A stretch of 64,000 bases of DNA, from IMG/VR virus record IMGVR_UViG_3300044527_000952, positions 29,058 to 93,057 of that record; one strand, written 5' to 3'. The position numbers and the translations under genes are program-made. How positions within the stretch are numbered: the first letter of the stretch is position 1; each line of letters starts with the position of its first letter. Under the pieces are notes generated by a model, which searched no databases, had not been told where the DNA came from, and worked only from the letters and a program-made list of their open reading frames with translations. This DNA is from a virus. This document shows positions 10,366 through 20,555 of the stretch, in pieces.

Positions 10366-10563
10366 ATGAGTGATGAGTTAAATGATTTAAGAAAATTGGC
10401 AGGTATCACCCTGCCAAATTCTTCTGATTATGGTGCAGCAATTAGTATGACTGCAACCCAAAAAGCACAAATTATGCGTGAAAAGAATATAAGACCTGGG
10501 GATCCTGCTTGGTTCAGACTATGGTTTGCCCAAACTCATCTAACAGGTGAAAAACCAATTTAG
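10366..10563 (+). CDS. small conserved phage protein
   Basis: LRKLAGI and IRPGDPAWF; TAAATA 5 nt upstream. Confidence 0.6.
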   Translation: MSDELNDLRKLAGITLPNSSDYGAAISMTATQKAQIMREKNIRPGDPAWFRLWFAQTHLTGEKPI

Positions 10564-10591
10564 ATAAATACTATATTATTATGGTATTTAC

Positions 10592-12091
10592 ATGGAACCC
10601 GATCCTTCAGCAGTAGCTCCTTGGTATTTAAGAAACATTAATCAAGCACTTGCCTTAGATGAAACTACAGGCAATGTATACCTTCGTACTGATGCACAGA
10701 TTGGTGATGTTACGATTACGGGTAATGTAAATATACCTGGTAACGTGGCGGCGACACAAAGCGGTAATTGGAATGTAGGGTTATTAGGTAATTTAGCAGG
10801 TATTACAGGTAATGTAACAGTAGTTGATGGTGGTGGTAGTTTAACTATTGATGGTAATGTAGGTATTTCAGGTACAGCAAATGTATCGTTAGGATCATCA
10901 AGTACGGATGCTTTTGGACGTTTACGAGTTAGTAATCCAACTACACTATTTGATACACAATCTAGATACTATGATCATGAACAATTCGCAAGCAATACCG
11001 CAGGAAGCGGTAGTGTTCTATATAATGCAAATTCTAGTACGTATGAGTTAAACGTAACTACAGGCGCAACAGATAGCGTAATACAAGAAACCTATAAGGT
11101 CTTCCCCTATCAACCAGGTAAAAGTCTACTCATTTTCGCTACATTTTGTATGTCCACTGCCAAAGCTAATCTACGTCAACGTGTAGGTTATTTTAATTCA
11201 AATAATGGTATATTTTTTGAACAAAATGGTACAACACTTAATATGGTTATTCGTAGTAGCAGTACGGGAAGTATTGTTGAAGACAGAATACCACAGAGTA
11301 ATTGGAACGGTGACAACTTAAGTGGTACAGGTGGTTCTAGCAACCCAAGCGGTATTGCGTTAAACACTGCAGTAGATCAAATATGGTTTACAGATGTTGA
11401 ATGGTTAGGTGTGGGCAGCGTACGAGTTGGTTTTGTAATAAATGGTGTGTTTTATATTGTTCATACATTTAATCATGCTAACGTTGTAGGTAATACAACT
11501 ACTTATATGTCTACAGCATGTCTGCCATTGCGTTATGAAATTACGAATACAGGTGTAACGTCAAGTAGTAGTATGTTACGCCAAATTTGTGCAAGTGTTA
11601 TATCTGAAGGTGGTTATAGTTTATCAGGAACTCCTGCATCAATAGGGCATAATTTAGGCGCACCTATACGATTACCTAATGATCAATCTTTTTTACCGCT
11701 ACTTTCTATACGATTAAAGAGTACAATGCCTGATGCTATTGTAATACCAAAATATTATACAGTTGCTCCTGTAGGACAAAGTGTTTTTAAGTATAGAATT
11801 TATAGTAGAGCAGTTACAACAGGTGGAACATTTACTTCAATGGGAGTTAATAGTCCTGTAGAGTATAATTTAGCACCACTTGCAGTAAGTAGTGGAACCA
11901 TTGTTGCAGAAGGATATATTGTTTCATCAAACCAAAGTTCAGCAGCACCCATGCAAGTTCCGTTAGGGTTTGAAGTACAGCTACAACGTCAACCATTTAC
12001 AGGTGTAACATACGAATATGTTATAACTGCTGCTACAACAGGCACTAATCAAGACGTATATGCTAGCTTAGAATGGCAAGAAGTTAGTTAA
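10592..12091 (+). CDS. probable virion structural / fiber-like beta-rich protein
   Basis: G/N/T/V-rich GNV repeats, DAFGRLRVS, YQPGKS, WLGVG motifs; late promoter. Confidence 0.55.
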   Translation: MEPDPSAVAPWYLRNINQALALDETTGNVYLRTDAQIGDVTITGNVNIPGNVAATQSGNWNVGLLGNLAGITGNVTVVDGGGSLTIDGNVGISGTANVSLGSSSTDAFGRLRVSNPTTLFDTQSRYYDHEQFASNTAGSGSVLYNANSSTYELNVTTGATDSVIQETYKVFPYQPGKSLLIFATFCMSTAKANLRQRVGYFNSNNGIFFEQNGTTLNMVIRSSSTGSIVEDRIPQSNWNGDNLSGTGGSSNPSGIALNTAVDQIWFTDVEWLGVGSVRVGFVINGVFYIVHTFNHANVVGNTTTYMSTACLPLRYEITNTGVTSSSSMLRQICASVISEGGYSLSGTPASIGHNLGAPIRLPNDQSFLPLLSIRLKSTMPDAIVIPKYYTVAPVGQSVFKYRIYSRAVTTGGTFTSMGVNSPVEYNLAPLAVSSGTIVAEGYIVSSNQSSAAPMQVPLGFEVQLQRQPFTGVTYEYVITAATTGTNQDVYASLEWQEVS

Positions 12092-12117
12092 TCTAATTTT
12101 ACTCCATAAATAGTTTC

Positions 12118-13689
12118 ATGAATATGCAAAATGGTGTGCAACTCATTAAGAATCCTTATGAACTTACATCGTTCAAGGATGATAAACAATTACAAGACTT
12201 TTTAAAATGCTGTAATCCTGATACAGGTTATCTATATTTTATGGATAACTTTTTTATGATACAACACCCTACACAAGGTAGTATGTTATATCACCCATGG
12301 GCTTATCAAAAACGATTAATAGAAACATACCATAACTATCGTTTTAGTATATCTCTAATGCCACGCCAAAGTGGTAAATCTACAAGTGCAGCAGGTTATT
12401 TGCTATGGTATGCAATGTTTGTACCTGACAGTACGATTCTTATTGCTGCACATAAGTATGCAGGTTCGCAAGAAATAATGCAACGTATACGTTATGGTTA
12501 TGAGAATTGTCCACTACATATTAAAGCAGGTGTTGTAACTTATAACAAAGGATCACTAGACTTTGAAAATGGTAGTAGAATTATTAGTGCTACCACTACA
12601 GAAAATACAGGTCGTGGTCTTTCTATATCGTTATTATATCTTGATGAGTTTGCATTTGTTCGCCCAGGCATTGCTAAAGAATTTTGGACCTCTATCGCCC
12701 CTACTCTAGCAACAGGTGGTAAAGCAATTATAACAAGTACCCCAAATAGTGATGAAGATCAGTTTGCTATAATTTGGAAAGGTGCAAATAAAACACAGGA
12801 TGAATACGGTAATACTACTGAATTAGGTGTTAATGGTTTTAAAGCGTACAAGGCACATTGGAGCGAACAACCAGGTCGTGATGAACAATGGGCTGAATCT
12901 ATGAAAGCACAACTTGGTGATGAACGATTCAGGCGTGAAATTGGTTGTGAATTTGTTATCGCTGATGAAACATTGATCAATCCATTAATACTTACCACAC
13001 TAGAGGGTATGGAACCCATTGAGCGTATGGGTCAAGTACGTTGGTTTTCTAAACCACAAAAAGGTAATATCTATTGTGTTGGGCTAGATCCAAGCTTGGG
13101 TACAGGTAGCGATCCTGCTGCTATACAAATATTTGAAGCAAATACTACTAAACAAATTGGTGAATGGAAACATAATAGAACTACCATACCTGAACAAATT
13201 AAACTATTAGCCAAAATAAATGAATACATTGTTGATATAACCAATGAACCTAATAATTTATATTACAGTTTAGAAAATAATACTATTGGTGAAGCAGCAC
13301 TTATATCATTAGCAGAATATGGCGAAGAAAATATTAAAGGCACCATGCTAAGCGAACCTAAACAAGTAGGTGCAACTAGACGTTATAGAAAAGGGTTTAA
13401 TACCACTCAAAAAAGTAAGTTAGCAGCATGCAGTAAACTAAAAAACTTGATTGAAAGTGGTAAAATGTCGCTGAGAAGTAATGCACTAATCACAGAATTA
13501 AAGTCATTTGTAGCTGCTGAAGGTAGTTATGCTGCAAAAATAGGTGAAACTGATGACTTAGTAATGGCAACATTATTGGTTATACGTATTTTACAACATC
13601 TTCAAAACTATCATAGTGACCTAGATACGCACATTAGAGATCACAGCGAATACATTGAACCCATGCCATTTATAATGACATTAAGTTAA
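12118..13689 (+). CDS. terminase large subunit (T4 gp17-like)
   Basis: Walker A PRQSGKST, Walker B YLDEFAF, ITSTPN, RNase H-like GLDP...D and DDLVMA. Confidence 0.93.
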   Translation: MNMQNGVQLIKNPYELTSFKDDKQLQDFLKCCNPDTGYLYFMDNFFMIQHPTQGSMLYHPWAYQKRLIETYHNYRFSISLMPRQSGKSTSAAGYLLWYAMFVPDSTILIAAHKYAGSQEIMQRIRYGYENCPLHIKAGVVTYNKGSLDFENGSRIISATTTENTGRGLSISLLYLDEFAFVRPGIAKEFWTSIAPTLATGGKAIITSTPNSDEDQFAIIWKGANKTQDEYGNTTELGVNGFKAYKAHWSEQPGRDEQWAESMKAQLGDERFRREIGCEFVIADETLINPLILTTLEGMEPIERMGQVRWFSKPQKGNIYCVGLDPSLGTGSDPAAIQIFEANTTKQIGEWKHNRTTIPEQIKLLAKINEYIVDITNEPNNLYYSLENNTIGEAALISLAEYGEENIKGTMLSEPKQVGATRRYRKGFNTTQKSKLAACSKLKNLIESGKMSLRSNALITELKSFVAAEGSYAAKIGETDDLVMATLLVIRILQHLQNYHSDLDTHIRDHSEYIEPMPFIMTLS

Positions 13690-13725
13690 TTAAGCTGATA
13701 AATACACTATAAAAGTGGATTTATC

Positions 13726-16161
13726 ATGCCAAAAAATAATGAACTGATTAACGTTGACCTAGAAAACTTTCTTGATGCTAAAGGTATGGATGCTGTTCCA
13801 TATGATAGCAGTGGTAAGCAAGTTCCTATTCCCGATGAAGCTGAACTATTTCAGTTTAAGTTTGCCCCTGATGGTGAAGAAAGAGGTACCGCAACTGTAT
13901 CAATTGATGGTACAAAATCACTAAATCTTTATTACGATGATGCTATTATGACTGAAAATGAAGGTAGCGATGAATGGTTTCAGTTTGTTAAGCAATTAAA
14001 ACGATTTGCTATGATGCATCAACTTGATTTTAAAACAAAAAATATGGATAGGTTGGCTACAGATATGAAAAAACGTGAATATCAGAAAAAACTAGATGAA
14101 GGTTATTACGGTACACGCCATACAAGTTATAGCGACAAAAACCCAGGTACCGTCAAAATGATCCTCAAACACAACCGTCCACTTGAAGAAACTGATGCAC
14201 GTTTTCGTAATATTGAAAAGATCTTTCTAGAAACTGAAACAGGAGAACGCTTTTTATTAGATACTAAAAAGCCAAGCATTGCTAGAGCATATGCTAGACA
14301 TTTAGCAGAAGGTGGTCGTTATAACGATGAACGTTGGAATCATATTGGTCAAATAGCTGAAGATATTAACCGTTTAGGTGGATTTGTACGTGCTACACGT
14401 AACAAACAATTTAATGAAGGTGCAGTAAAATTAGTCAACGAAGCGCAAAATCATTATCAAGCATTGCGTGAAACCATCAAACACTTACAAGGTTCACGTG
14501 GTTATAATAAGTATTTCGAAAGTTGGAAACCAACATTAAACGAAGATAATGAAGATAATTCTATCTCTGAAATGTTTTTAACACAACGTTTAGACCCACG
14601 TGTTGAAAGTGCGTTACCTGTACTTAATCGTTTGGCAAAAAATATTACTGAAATGTCTGAGCTAAATGAATTTGAAAATTGGGCAAGTGATATTGTAAAA
14701 GAAGTATTGCACCCAACTTCAGCAGGATCATTAGACGATCTAGTAGATCTACTTGGTGCTGATAGTGAATTCTTAACACTAGGACCTGATGGTAAAAACG
14801 CAATCAATGAGATTGAAGGTATTATTGATGAACCTGCGTTAAATTCACGTTTGCAAAAAGCAGGTATGAGCAAACCTGATCAAGATGCACGTCCTATTAT
14901 TATTGGTTGGATGCAGGAAAATGCTAAAGACAAACATTATGAAGAAATCTTAAGCAAAATAGAAGTGGAAGAAGAACCCGCCGCAAAACCTGAGCCTAAA
15001 CCTGCACCACAACCAAAGAGGGTAGCACCTAGCGATAAAATGCCTGCTCCACCAAATGTTGAGGAAGATTATGACCCACGTTTGTCACAGAAAACACAAA
15101 TTGCAGGTACATTACCTACCTATCGTTATGCAAAAGGGTTGCTTGATAAGGTAGAAGGTCCACAAGGTAAGACATTAGACTTTGGTGCGGGATTAGGATT
15201 AGGATCAGCAGAGATTGGTGCTGATAGTTATGAAATGCACCCTAAGGCAGGATTCAAGCCTAACTTTGATCGTGTTGATAGTATACCTGATGAAAGCTAT
15301 GCAAAAATTGTATCATTAAATGTTCTCAATGTTATACCTAACGATAAAGGTTGGCGTGACGCAGCAGTAAAAGACATTGGTCGTATATTGATGCAAGGTG
15401 GTTCTGCACTTATTACAACACGTGGCAAGGATGTACTATCAGCAAAAGGTACACCACAAGATGAACCAAATAGTATTGTTACAACTGCGGGAACGTTTCA
15501 AAAAGGATTTACCCCACAAGAGTTAAAAGGTTATGTACAAAGTGTGCTTGGTGGTGGGTTTCAAGTAAAGACAGTAAAAGTTGGTAGTGCACCCGCAGCA
15601 ATTTTAGTTACTAAAGGTGGCGAACAAGTTAATGAACTTAAAGGTAAGATGCCTACACCTGATGAAGTGCGAGCATTGTTATTAAAACAAAAGAAACGTT
15701 TTGATGATCAAGGATTTGTACGTGCTGCAGATGATACCGCAAAATTACTCAAACAACGTACACCACAACCTAGCCAACAACCTAGTGCAAAAGTTGAAGA
15801 ATATTTGCGTGAGTTTGAAGGTGAAATTGATGAAGCATGTTGGAAAGGCTATCACAAAGAGGGTATGAAAACAATGTTTGGTAAAGAATATCCTAATTGT
15901 GTTAAAAATAAGAAAGCCAATGAAGAACTTCAAAATGAAAGTCCTGTAAAAGAAGCATCTAAAGATAATGAATCTTCAGTAACCGTACGCAATCCTGTAG
16001 CCAAAAATGCTATGGCAGGAATTGGTGGAGGTGGTATGGGTAAACATAAGGATAAAAAACAAGCTGACAAGCGTGGCGAAGTAAAACACAAAAAAGATAA
16101 AGTCCCAATGGATCTTGAAGAAGGATCACTTGATAGGATTAAAAAACTATCAGGTCTATAA
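13726..16161 (+). CDS. large multi-domain late protein with internal SAM-methyltransferase domain
   Basis: LDFGAGLG, LNVLNVI, GTFQKGFT; CWKGY...PNCV module; ends LDRIKKLSGL. Confidence 0.65.
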   Translation: MPKNNELINVDLENFLDAKGMDAVPYDSSGKQVPIPDEAELFQFKFAPDGEERGTATVSIDGTKSLNLYYDDAIMTENEGSDEWFQFVKQLKRFAMMHQLDFKTKNMDRLATDMKKREYQKKLDEGYYGTRHTSYSDKNPGTVKMILKHNRPLEETDARFRNIEKIFLETETGERFLLDTKKPSIARAYARHLAEGGRYNDERWNHIGQIAEDINRLGGFVRATRNKQFNEGAVKLVNEAQNHYQALRETIKHLQGSRGYNKYFESWKPTLNEDNEDNSISEMFLTQRLDPRVESALPVLNRLAKNITEMSELNEFENWASDIVKEVLHPTSAGSLDDLVDLLGADSEFLTLGPDGKNAINEIEGIIDEPALNSRLQKAGMSKPDQDARPIIIGWMQENAKDKHYEEILSKIEVEEEPAAKPEPKPAPQPKRVAPSDKMPAPPNVEEDYDPRLSQKTQIAGTLPTYRYAKGLLDKVEGPQGKTLDFGAGLGLGSAEIGADSYEMHPKAGFKPNFDRVDSIPDESYAKIVSLNVLNVIPNDKGWRDAAVKDIGRILMQGGSALITTRGKDVLSAKGTPQDEPNSIVTTAGTFQKGFTPQELKGYVQSVLGGGFQVKTVKVGSAPAAILVTKGGEQVNELKGKMPTPDEVRALLLKQKKRFDDQGFVRAADDTAKLLKQRTPQPSQQPSAKVEEYLREFEGEIDEACWKGYHKEGMKTMFGKEYPNCVKNKKANEELQNESPVKEASKDNESSVTVRNPVAKNAMAGIGGGGMGKHKDKKQADKRGEVKHKKDKVPMDLEEGSLDRIKKLSGL

Positions 16162-16162
16162 T

Positions 16163-18064
16163 ATGTCAACATCAATACTGTTGGAATCTGCTAAACCACC
16201 TGTTGGTCGTGAATTCCAACACCTTGAAGATTTAGTATACATAGAAGGCGCACGTGGTATAAAACGTGTGCTTGAATGTATCGCAGGTATTATCAAACGT
16301 CAACCATTAGAAGTGAAATGGGATGGTAGCCCCGCAATACTATTTGGTAGAACAGACAATGGTCGTTTTCACTTTGGTGACAAATATAGTCGTGACATTA
16401 TAGACAGCCCACAAGCAGTATATCAACAGTATATTGGGCGCAAACCTAAACGCACCTTTGAGCGTGAGCAATTTGCACGTGATATGGCAGCATTGTATGA
16501 AGTATATGAAGCAGCCACTCCAAAAGATTTTCGTGGATTCTTAGAAGCAGGATTGTTATATAAAAATTCACCAACCTTAACTGAAAATAGTTTTCAATGT
16601 AATCCTAATACGGTAATTTATAAGATTAATAACAGTACTGATTTAGGTAAGCGTATAGCCAACAGTGTTAGTGGATGTGCAGCAACCGCATATTTTCGTG
16701 ACTTACCTGCTACAGGTGGTAGACGATATCCTGTAGGAGATTATGCCAATAGCTTTACAGGTGGGCAAGTTGTTGTTATCCCACCTTTACATACAAGTGA
16801 TTCACCAAAATTAGAACGTACTTTGTTAGAAAAATATTGGAACTTCGTCAAACAAAAGCGTGATAGTATTAATGAATTTGTATCACCAATGGTTATAAAA
16901 AAGATATTGTATGAATACGTTAATAGTCAAATTAATGAAAATGACCTAAGCGCATTACATAATTTAGGAGATAATTTCACTACCTATGCACGTGATAGTT
17001 TATCTGCTAAAGAACAAAACATACTAGCTGAACATTTAAAAACGCATTTAGATGGGGCTAATGATACTTTTAGGATGATACGTGCTACTATGAAAATTAA
17101 AGATTTGATTGTTGATCAACTTGAAGAAAGCACATTACGTAAGTTAGGCATTCAGGCAGAATTACCTGATGGACAACGTGGTGGTGAAGGGTTTGTATAT
17201 GATATAAACGAAGGTATCAACCCTATTAAATTAGTTAAACGTGGTGCATTTACTAGAGCAAATAAATTTAAGAATGAGTCAAAATATTTAAAAGAATCAA
17301 TCAGTCGTAATGGTAAGAGTGATCGTGCGGTAATTACTTTTGGTCGTTGTATGGGTCATCGTGGGCATATGTACCTAGCTAATAGTGTGTTTACTACGGC
17401 TAAAGAACAAGGTGCTGACCCTTATGTTATTATCAGTAGAACAATGGGTGAGGATGATCCACTTACACCTAATGAGAAATTATCAATCTATCATAAAGTA
17501 TTTCCTAATCATAAACAATGTTTTGTATCTGCAGACGATAGTATGCCAACGATGATGAGCGCATTAAAAAAGTTAAATGAATTAGGATATAAGCATATTA
17601 CCGCAATATTTGGCAATGATCGTGCTGATAGTATGCAACATGTAAAAGAGTATAATGGGCGCAGTTATAATTTTGAAACATTAGATGTGCTCAGTAGGCA
17701 ACAAACTAATGATCCATATAAAAACATTAATGGCCCACGTGGCACTGATATGCGTAATGTACTAAGCGATCCTAATTTATCTGAAGAACAAAAATTTGGA
17801 TATTGGCGCAAATGTATGAGTCCACAATTGAGTGATGATGATGTACAATATATTATGGACATAGTGAAAAAACGTATTGGGCATGAACTACATGAAGCTG
17901 ATAATCCAAATTATTTTGGCGGCAGCAGTTTAAGCCCAATTGGTGGAACACCTGAAGATTTACAAGATACACGTACACCTGCGCAAAAGCGTAAAGATGC
18001 CAAGCGAGCAATTAAACAAGCACGTGAATTACGTAAATTTATGGGTCATAATGAAGTACGTTAA
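16163..18064 (+). CDS. DUF6267-like (ligase-type nucleotidyltransferase) domain fused to cytidylyltransferase-like domain
   Basis: HLED, VKWDG, GEGFV, IKLV; then TFGR..GH, DPL, GNDR. Confidence 0.6.
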   Translation: MSTSILLESAKPPVGREFQHLEDLVYIEGARGIKRVLECIAGIIKRQPLEVKWDGSPAILFGRTDNGRFHFGDKYSRDIIDSPQAVYQQYIGRKPKRTFEREQFARDMAALYEVYEAATPKDFRGFLEAGLLYKNSPTLTENSFQCNPNTVIYKINNSTDLGKRIANSVSGCAATAYFRDLPATGGRRYPVGDYANSFTGGQVVVIPPLHTSDSPKLERTLLEKYWNFVKQKRDSINEFVSPMVIKKILYEYVNSQINENDLSALHNLGDNFTTYARDSLSAKEQNILAEHLKTHLDGANDTFRMIRATMKIKDLIVDQLEESTLRKLGIQAELPDGQRGGEGFVYDINEGINPIKLVKRGAFTRANKFKNESKYLKESISRNGKSDRAVITFGRCMGHRGHMYLANSVFTTAKEQGADPYVIISRTMGEDDPLTPNEKLSIYHKVFPNHKQCFVSADDSMPTMMSALKKLNELGYKHITAIFGNDRADSMQHVKEYNGRSYNFETLDVLSRQQTNDPYKNINGPRGTDMRNVLSDPNLSEEQKFGYWRKCMSPQLSDDDVQYIMDIVKKRIGHELHEADNPNYFGGSSLSPIGGTPEDLQDTRTPAQKRKDAKRAIKQARELRKFMGHNEVR

Positions 18065-18211
18065 GAATATATATTTTTTGCGCACCTTGTTATCCTAAAT
18101 ACATTGACCACAGAAAAAAATGATGTATATTTAATCTGTGTTCGTTGTTCTCACAACTACACTTAGGTCTCAATTTTAGCTACACTTTTAACTTTTTAAG
18201 GAGAATGAAAA

Positions 18212-19195
18212 ATGTCATTAGCTGCAATTCGTGCAAAATTGGCTGCACAAGAAGCCAAATCAAATCCCCAAAATAACACTCAGTATGTAGGCGATAATGC
18301 CATCTATCCATTTTGGAACATGGAAGAAAATACAACCACTACAGTTCGTTTCTTACCTGATGCTGATGGATTGAATGATTATTTTTGGGTTGAGCGTAAT
18401 TTAATTACGTTAGAATTTAGTGGTATTAAGGGTCAATCATCAAACAAAGTATTTGTCAAAGTACCTTGTGTTGAGATGTATGGTGACAATTGTCCTATAC
18501 TTGCTGAAGTACGTACATGGTATAAAGACGCATCATTGAAAGAAATTGCCAACAAGTATTGGAAAAAGCGTACTTATATTTTTCAAGGTTTTGTGCGTGA
18601 TAGCAAGATGAAAGAAGATAGTTTGCCTGAAAATGCAATTCGTCGCTTTATCATTTCACCACAAATTTTTGGTGTAATTAAGAGTAGTTTGATGGATCCT
18701 GATATTGAAGAAAATCCTACAGATTATTTGCGTGGTTTAGATTTTAGAATCGTTAAAACTAGCAAAGGTGGATATGCTGATTACAGTACAAGTGGATGGG
18801 CACGTAAAGAAACTGCACTCAACGAAACTGAGCAAGCTGCCATTGAAAAGCATGGGTTATTTAATTTAAAAGATTTCTTACCTAAAAAACCTAGCGAAAT
18901 CGAACTTCGTGTTATGAAAGAAATGTTTGACGCTAGTGTTAATGGTGAAGAATATGATACAGACAAGTGGGGAGCATATTTCCGTCCACGTGGTGTACAA
19001 GCATCAAATAGTGCTGCTGACCATGATGACGATTCATATGTTGTTGCACCACGCCAACAATTTTCGACTCCTGTAGTAGATGAGGATGAGGAACCTGTTG
19101 TAACCTCTGAAGTAAAGGTTACAACCCCTCAAACCTCCGATACAACTGCAAACATTCTTGCTATGATTCGTAGCAAGAAAACTTCCCAAGCGTAA
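18212..19195 (+). CDS. single-stranded DNA-binding protein (T4 gp32-like)
   Basis: VRFLPD, C-x7-CP, GLDFRIVK, GYADYSTS, acidic tail; next to UvsX/UvsY. Confidence 0.85.
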   Translation: MSLAAIRAKLAAQEAKSNPQNNTQYVGDNAIYPFWNMEENTTTTVRFLPDADGLNDYFWVERNLITLEFSGIKGQSSNKVFVKVPCVEMYGDNCPILAEVRTWYKDASLKEIANKYWKKRTYIFQGFVRDSKMKEDSLPENAIRRFIISPQIFGVIKSSLMDPDIEENPTDYLRGLDFRIVKTSKGGYADYSTSGWARKETALNETEQAAIEKHGLFNLKDFLPKKPSEIELRVMKEMFDASVNGEEYDTDKWGAYFRPRGVQASNSAADHDDDSYVVAPRQQFSTPVVDEDEEPVVTSEVKVTTPQTSDTTANILAMIRSKKTSQA

Positions 19196-19206
19196 ATAGC
19201 AGTGAA

Positions 19207-19240
19207 TAAAGTGGTGGGTAGTTCCACCACTTTACACTTT
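19207..19240 (+). terminator. stem-loop / probable intrinsic terminator after ssb
   Basis: TAAAGTGGTGG-gtagtt-CCACCACTTTA inverted repeat. Confidence 0.6.
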
Positions 19241-19251
19241 AGGAGAATAAT

Positions 19252-19485
19252 ATGACATTACCTGATGAAAGATACAGGGCACTCAAGCAAGGTAAAAGAT
19301 TGTTGGAGGAATTGTGCGACCCAGGCCGCACCCCACGTGTGCCTAGCGCAGTACGTGATCGAGCTAGAGCAACACTAAAACATTTCCCCAATGATTATGA
19401 AATTGATTGTCTTGCTGATTCTGCTCCAACAATTTTAGATAAACAATTGTTGCGAGTATTTACAAATAATACAATGGCAAAGTAG
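19252..19485 (+). CDS. small conserved protein (MTLPDER...TPRVP...LKHFP type)
   Basis: AGGAG RBS; motif pattern. Confidence 0.6.
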   Translation: MTLPDERYRALKQGKRLLEELCDPGRTPRVPSAVRDRARATLKHFPNDYEIDCLADSAPTILDKQLLRVFTNNTMAK

Positions 19486-19490
19486 AGATT

Positions 19491-20555
19491 ATGGGAAAAC
19501 CCTTTGATATATCAAAATTTAGAAAAGAAGTTACAAAAAGTATAGAAGGTATTAGCGTAGGATTTCATGATCCCACTGATTGGATTTCAACAGGCAACTA
19601 TGCATTGAATTATCTTATCAGTGGTGATTTTAATAAAGGTGTACCACTTGGTAAAGTTACTGTATTTGCAGGTGAAAGTGGTAGTGGCAAATCATATATT
19701 TGCAGTGGAAATATCGTAAAAAATGCACAAGAGCAAGGTATATTTGTTGTACTAATTGATAGCGAAAACGCATTAGATGAAAGTTGGTTGCATGCGTTAG
19801 GTGTTGATACAAGCGATGATAAATTGCTAAAACTAAATATGGCAATGATTGATGATGTTGCAAAAACTATTTCAACATTTATGAAAGATTATAAAGAAAC
19901 ACCACTTGCAGAGCGACCCAAAGTATTGTTTGTTATAGATAGTTTAGGCATGCTTATGAGTCCAACTGAAGTAAACCAATTTGATAGTGGTGATATGAAA
20001 GGTGATATGGGACGTAAAGCTAAAGCACTAAAAGCATTAGTTACAAATTGTGTAAATATGTTTGGTAGTTATAATGTAGGATTAGTTGCCACTAACCATA
20101 CGTATGCTTCGCAGGATCCATACAATCCTGACCCTAACGTAAGTGGTGGACAAGGTTTTGTATTTGCTAGTAGTATTCTAGTAGCAATGAAAAAACTAAA
20201 GTTGAAGGAAGATGAAGAAGGTAACAAAACATCAGATGTGCTAGGCATACGTGCAGGTTGTAAAGTAATGAAAACACGTTTTGCCAAACCATTTGAAGAT
20301 GTTGAAGTACAAATTCCGTATGAAAAAGGCATGAATCCTTACAGTGGTTTTTTTGATTTGATTGAGAAAAAAGGGTTTGTTACTAGAGAAGGTAACCGTT
20401 ATATGTATACTGACTTGCATGGTGAAGTACATCGTTACTTCCGTAAAGAATGGTCAAAAAATGAAAACGGTATTATGGATTTAGTCATGAAAGAATTTTC
20501 ACAACGAGAAAAAATTGTAACTACAGAACTAGCAGAGGAAGAACAAAATGCTTGA
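19491..20555 (+). CDS. uvsX: RecA-like recombinase (UvsX)
   Basis: GESGSGKS, IDSENA, VIDSLG, TNHTY, KTRF. Confidence 0.92.
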   Translation: MGKPFDISKFRKEVTKSIEGISVGFHDPTDWISTGNYALNYLISGDFNKGVPLGKVTVFAGESGSGKSYICSGNIVKNAQEQGIFVVLIDSENALDESWLHALGVDTSDDKLLKLNMAMIDDVAKTISTFMKDYKETPLAERPKVLFVIDSLGMLMSPTEVNQFDSGDMKGDMGRKAKALKALVTNCVNMFGSYNVGLVATNHTYASQDPYNPDPNVSGGQGFVFASSILVAMKKLKLKEDEEGNKTSDVLGIRAGCKVMKTRFAKPFEDVEVQIPYEKGMNPYSGFFDLIEKKGFVTREGNRYMYTDLHGEVHRYFRKEWSKNENGIMDLVMKEFSQREKIVTTELAEEEQNA

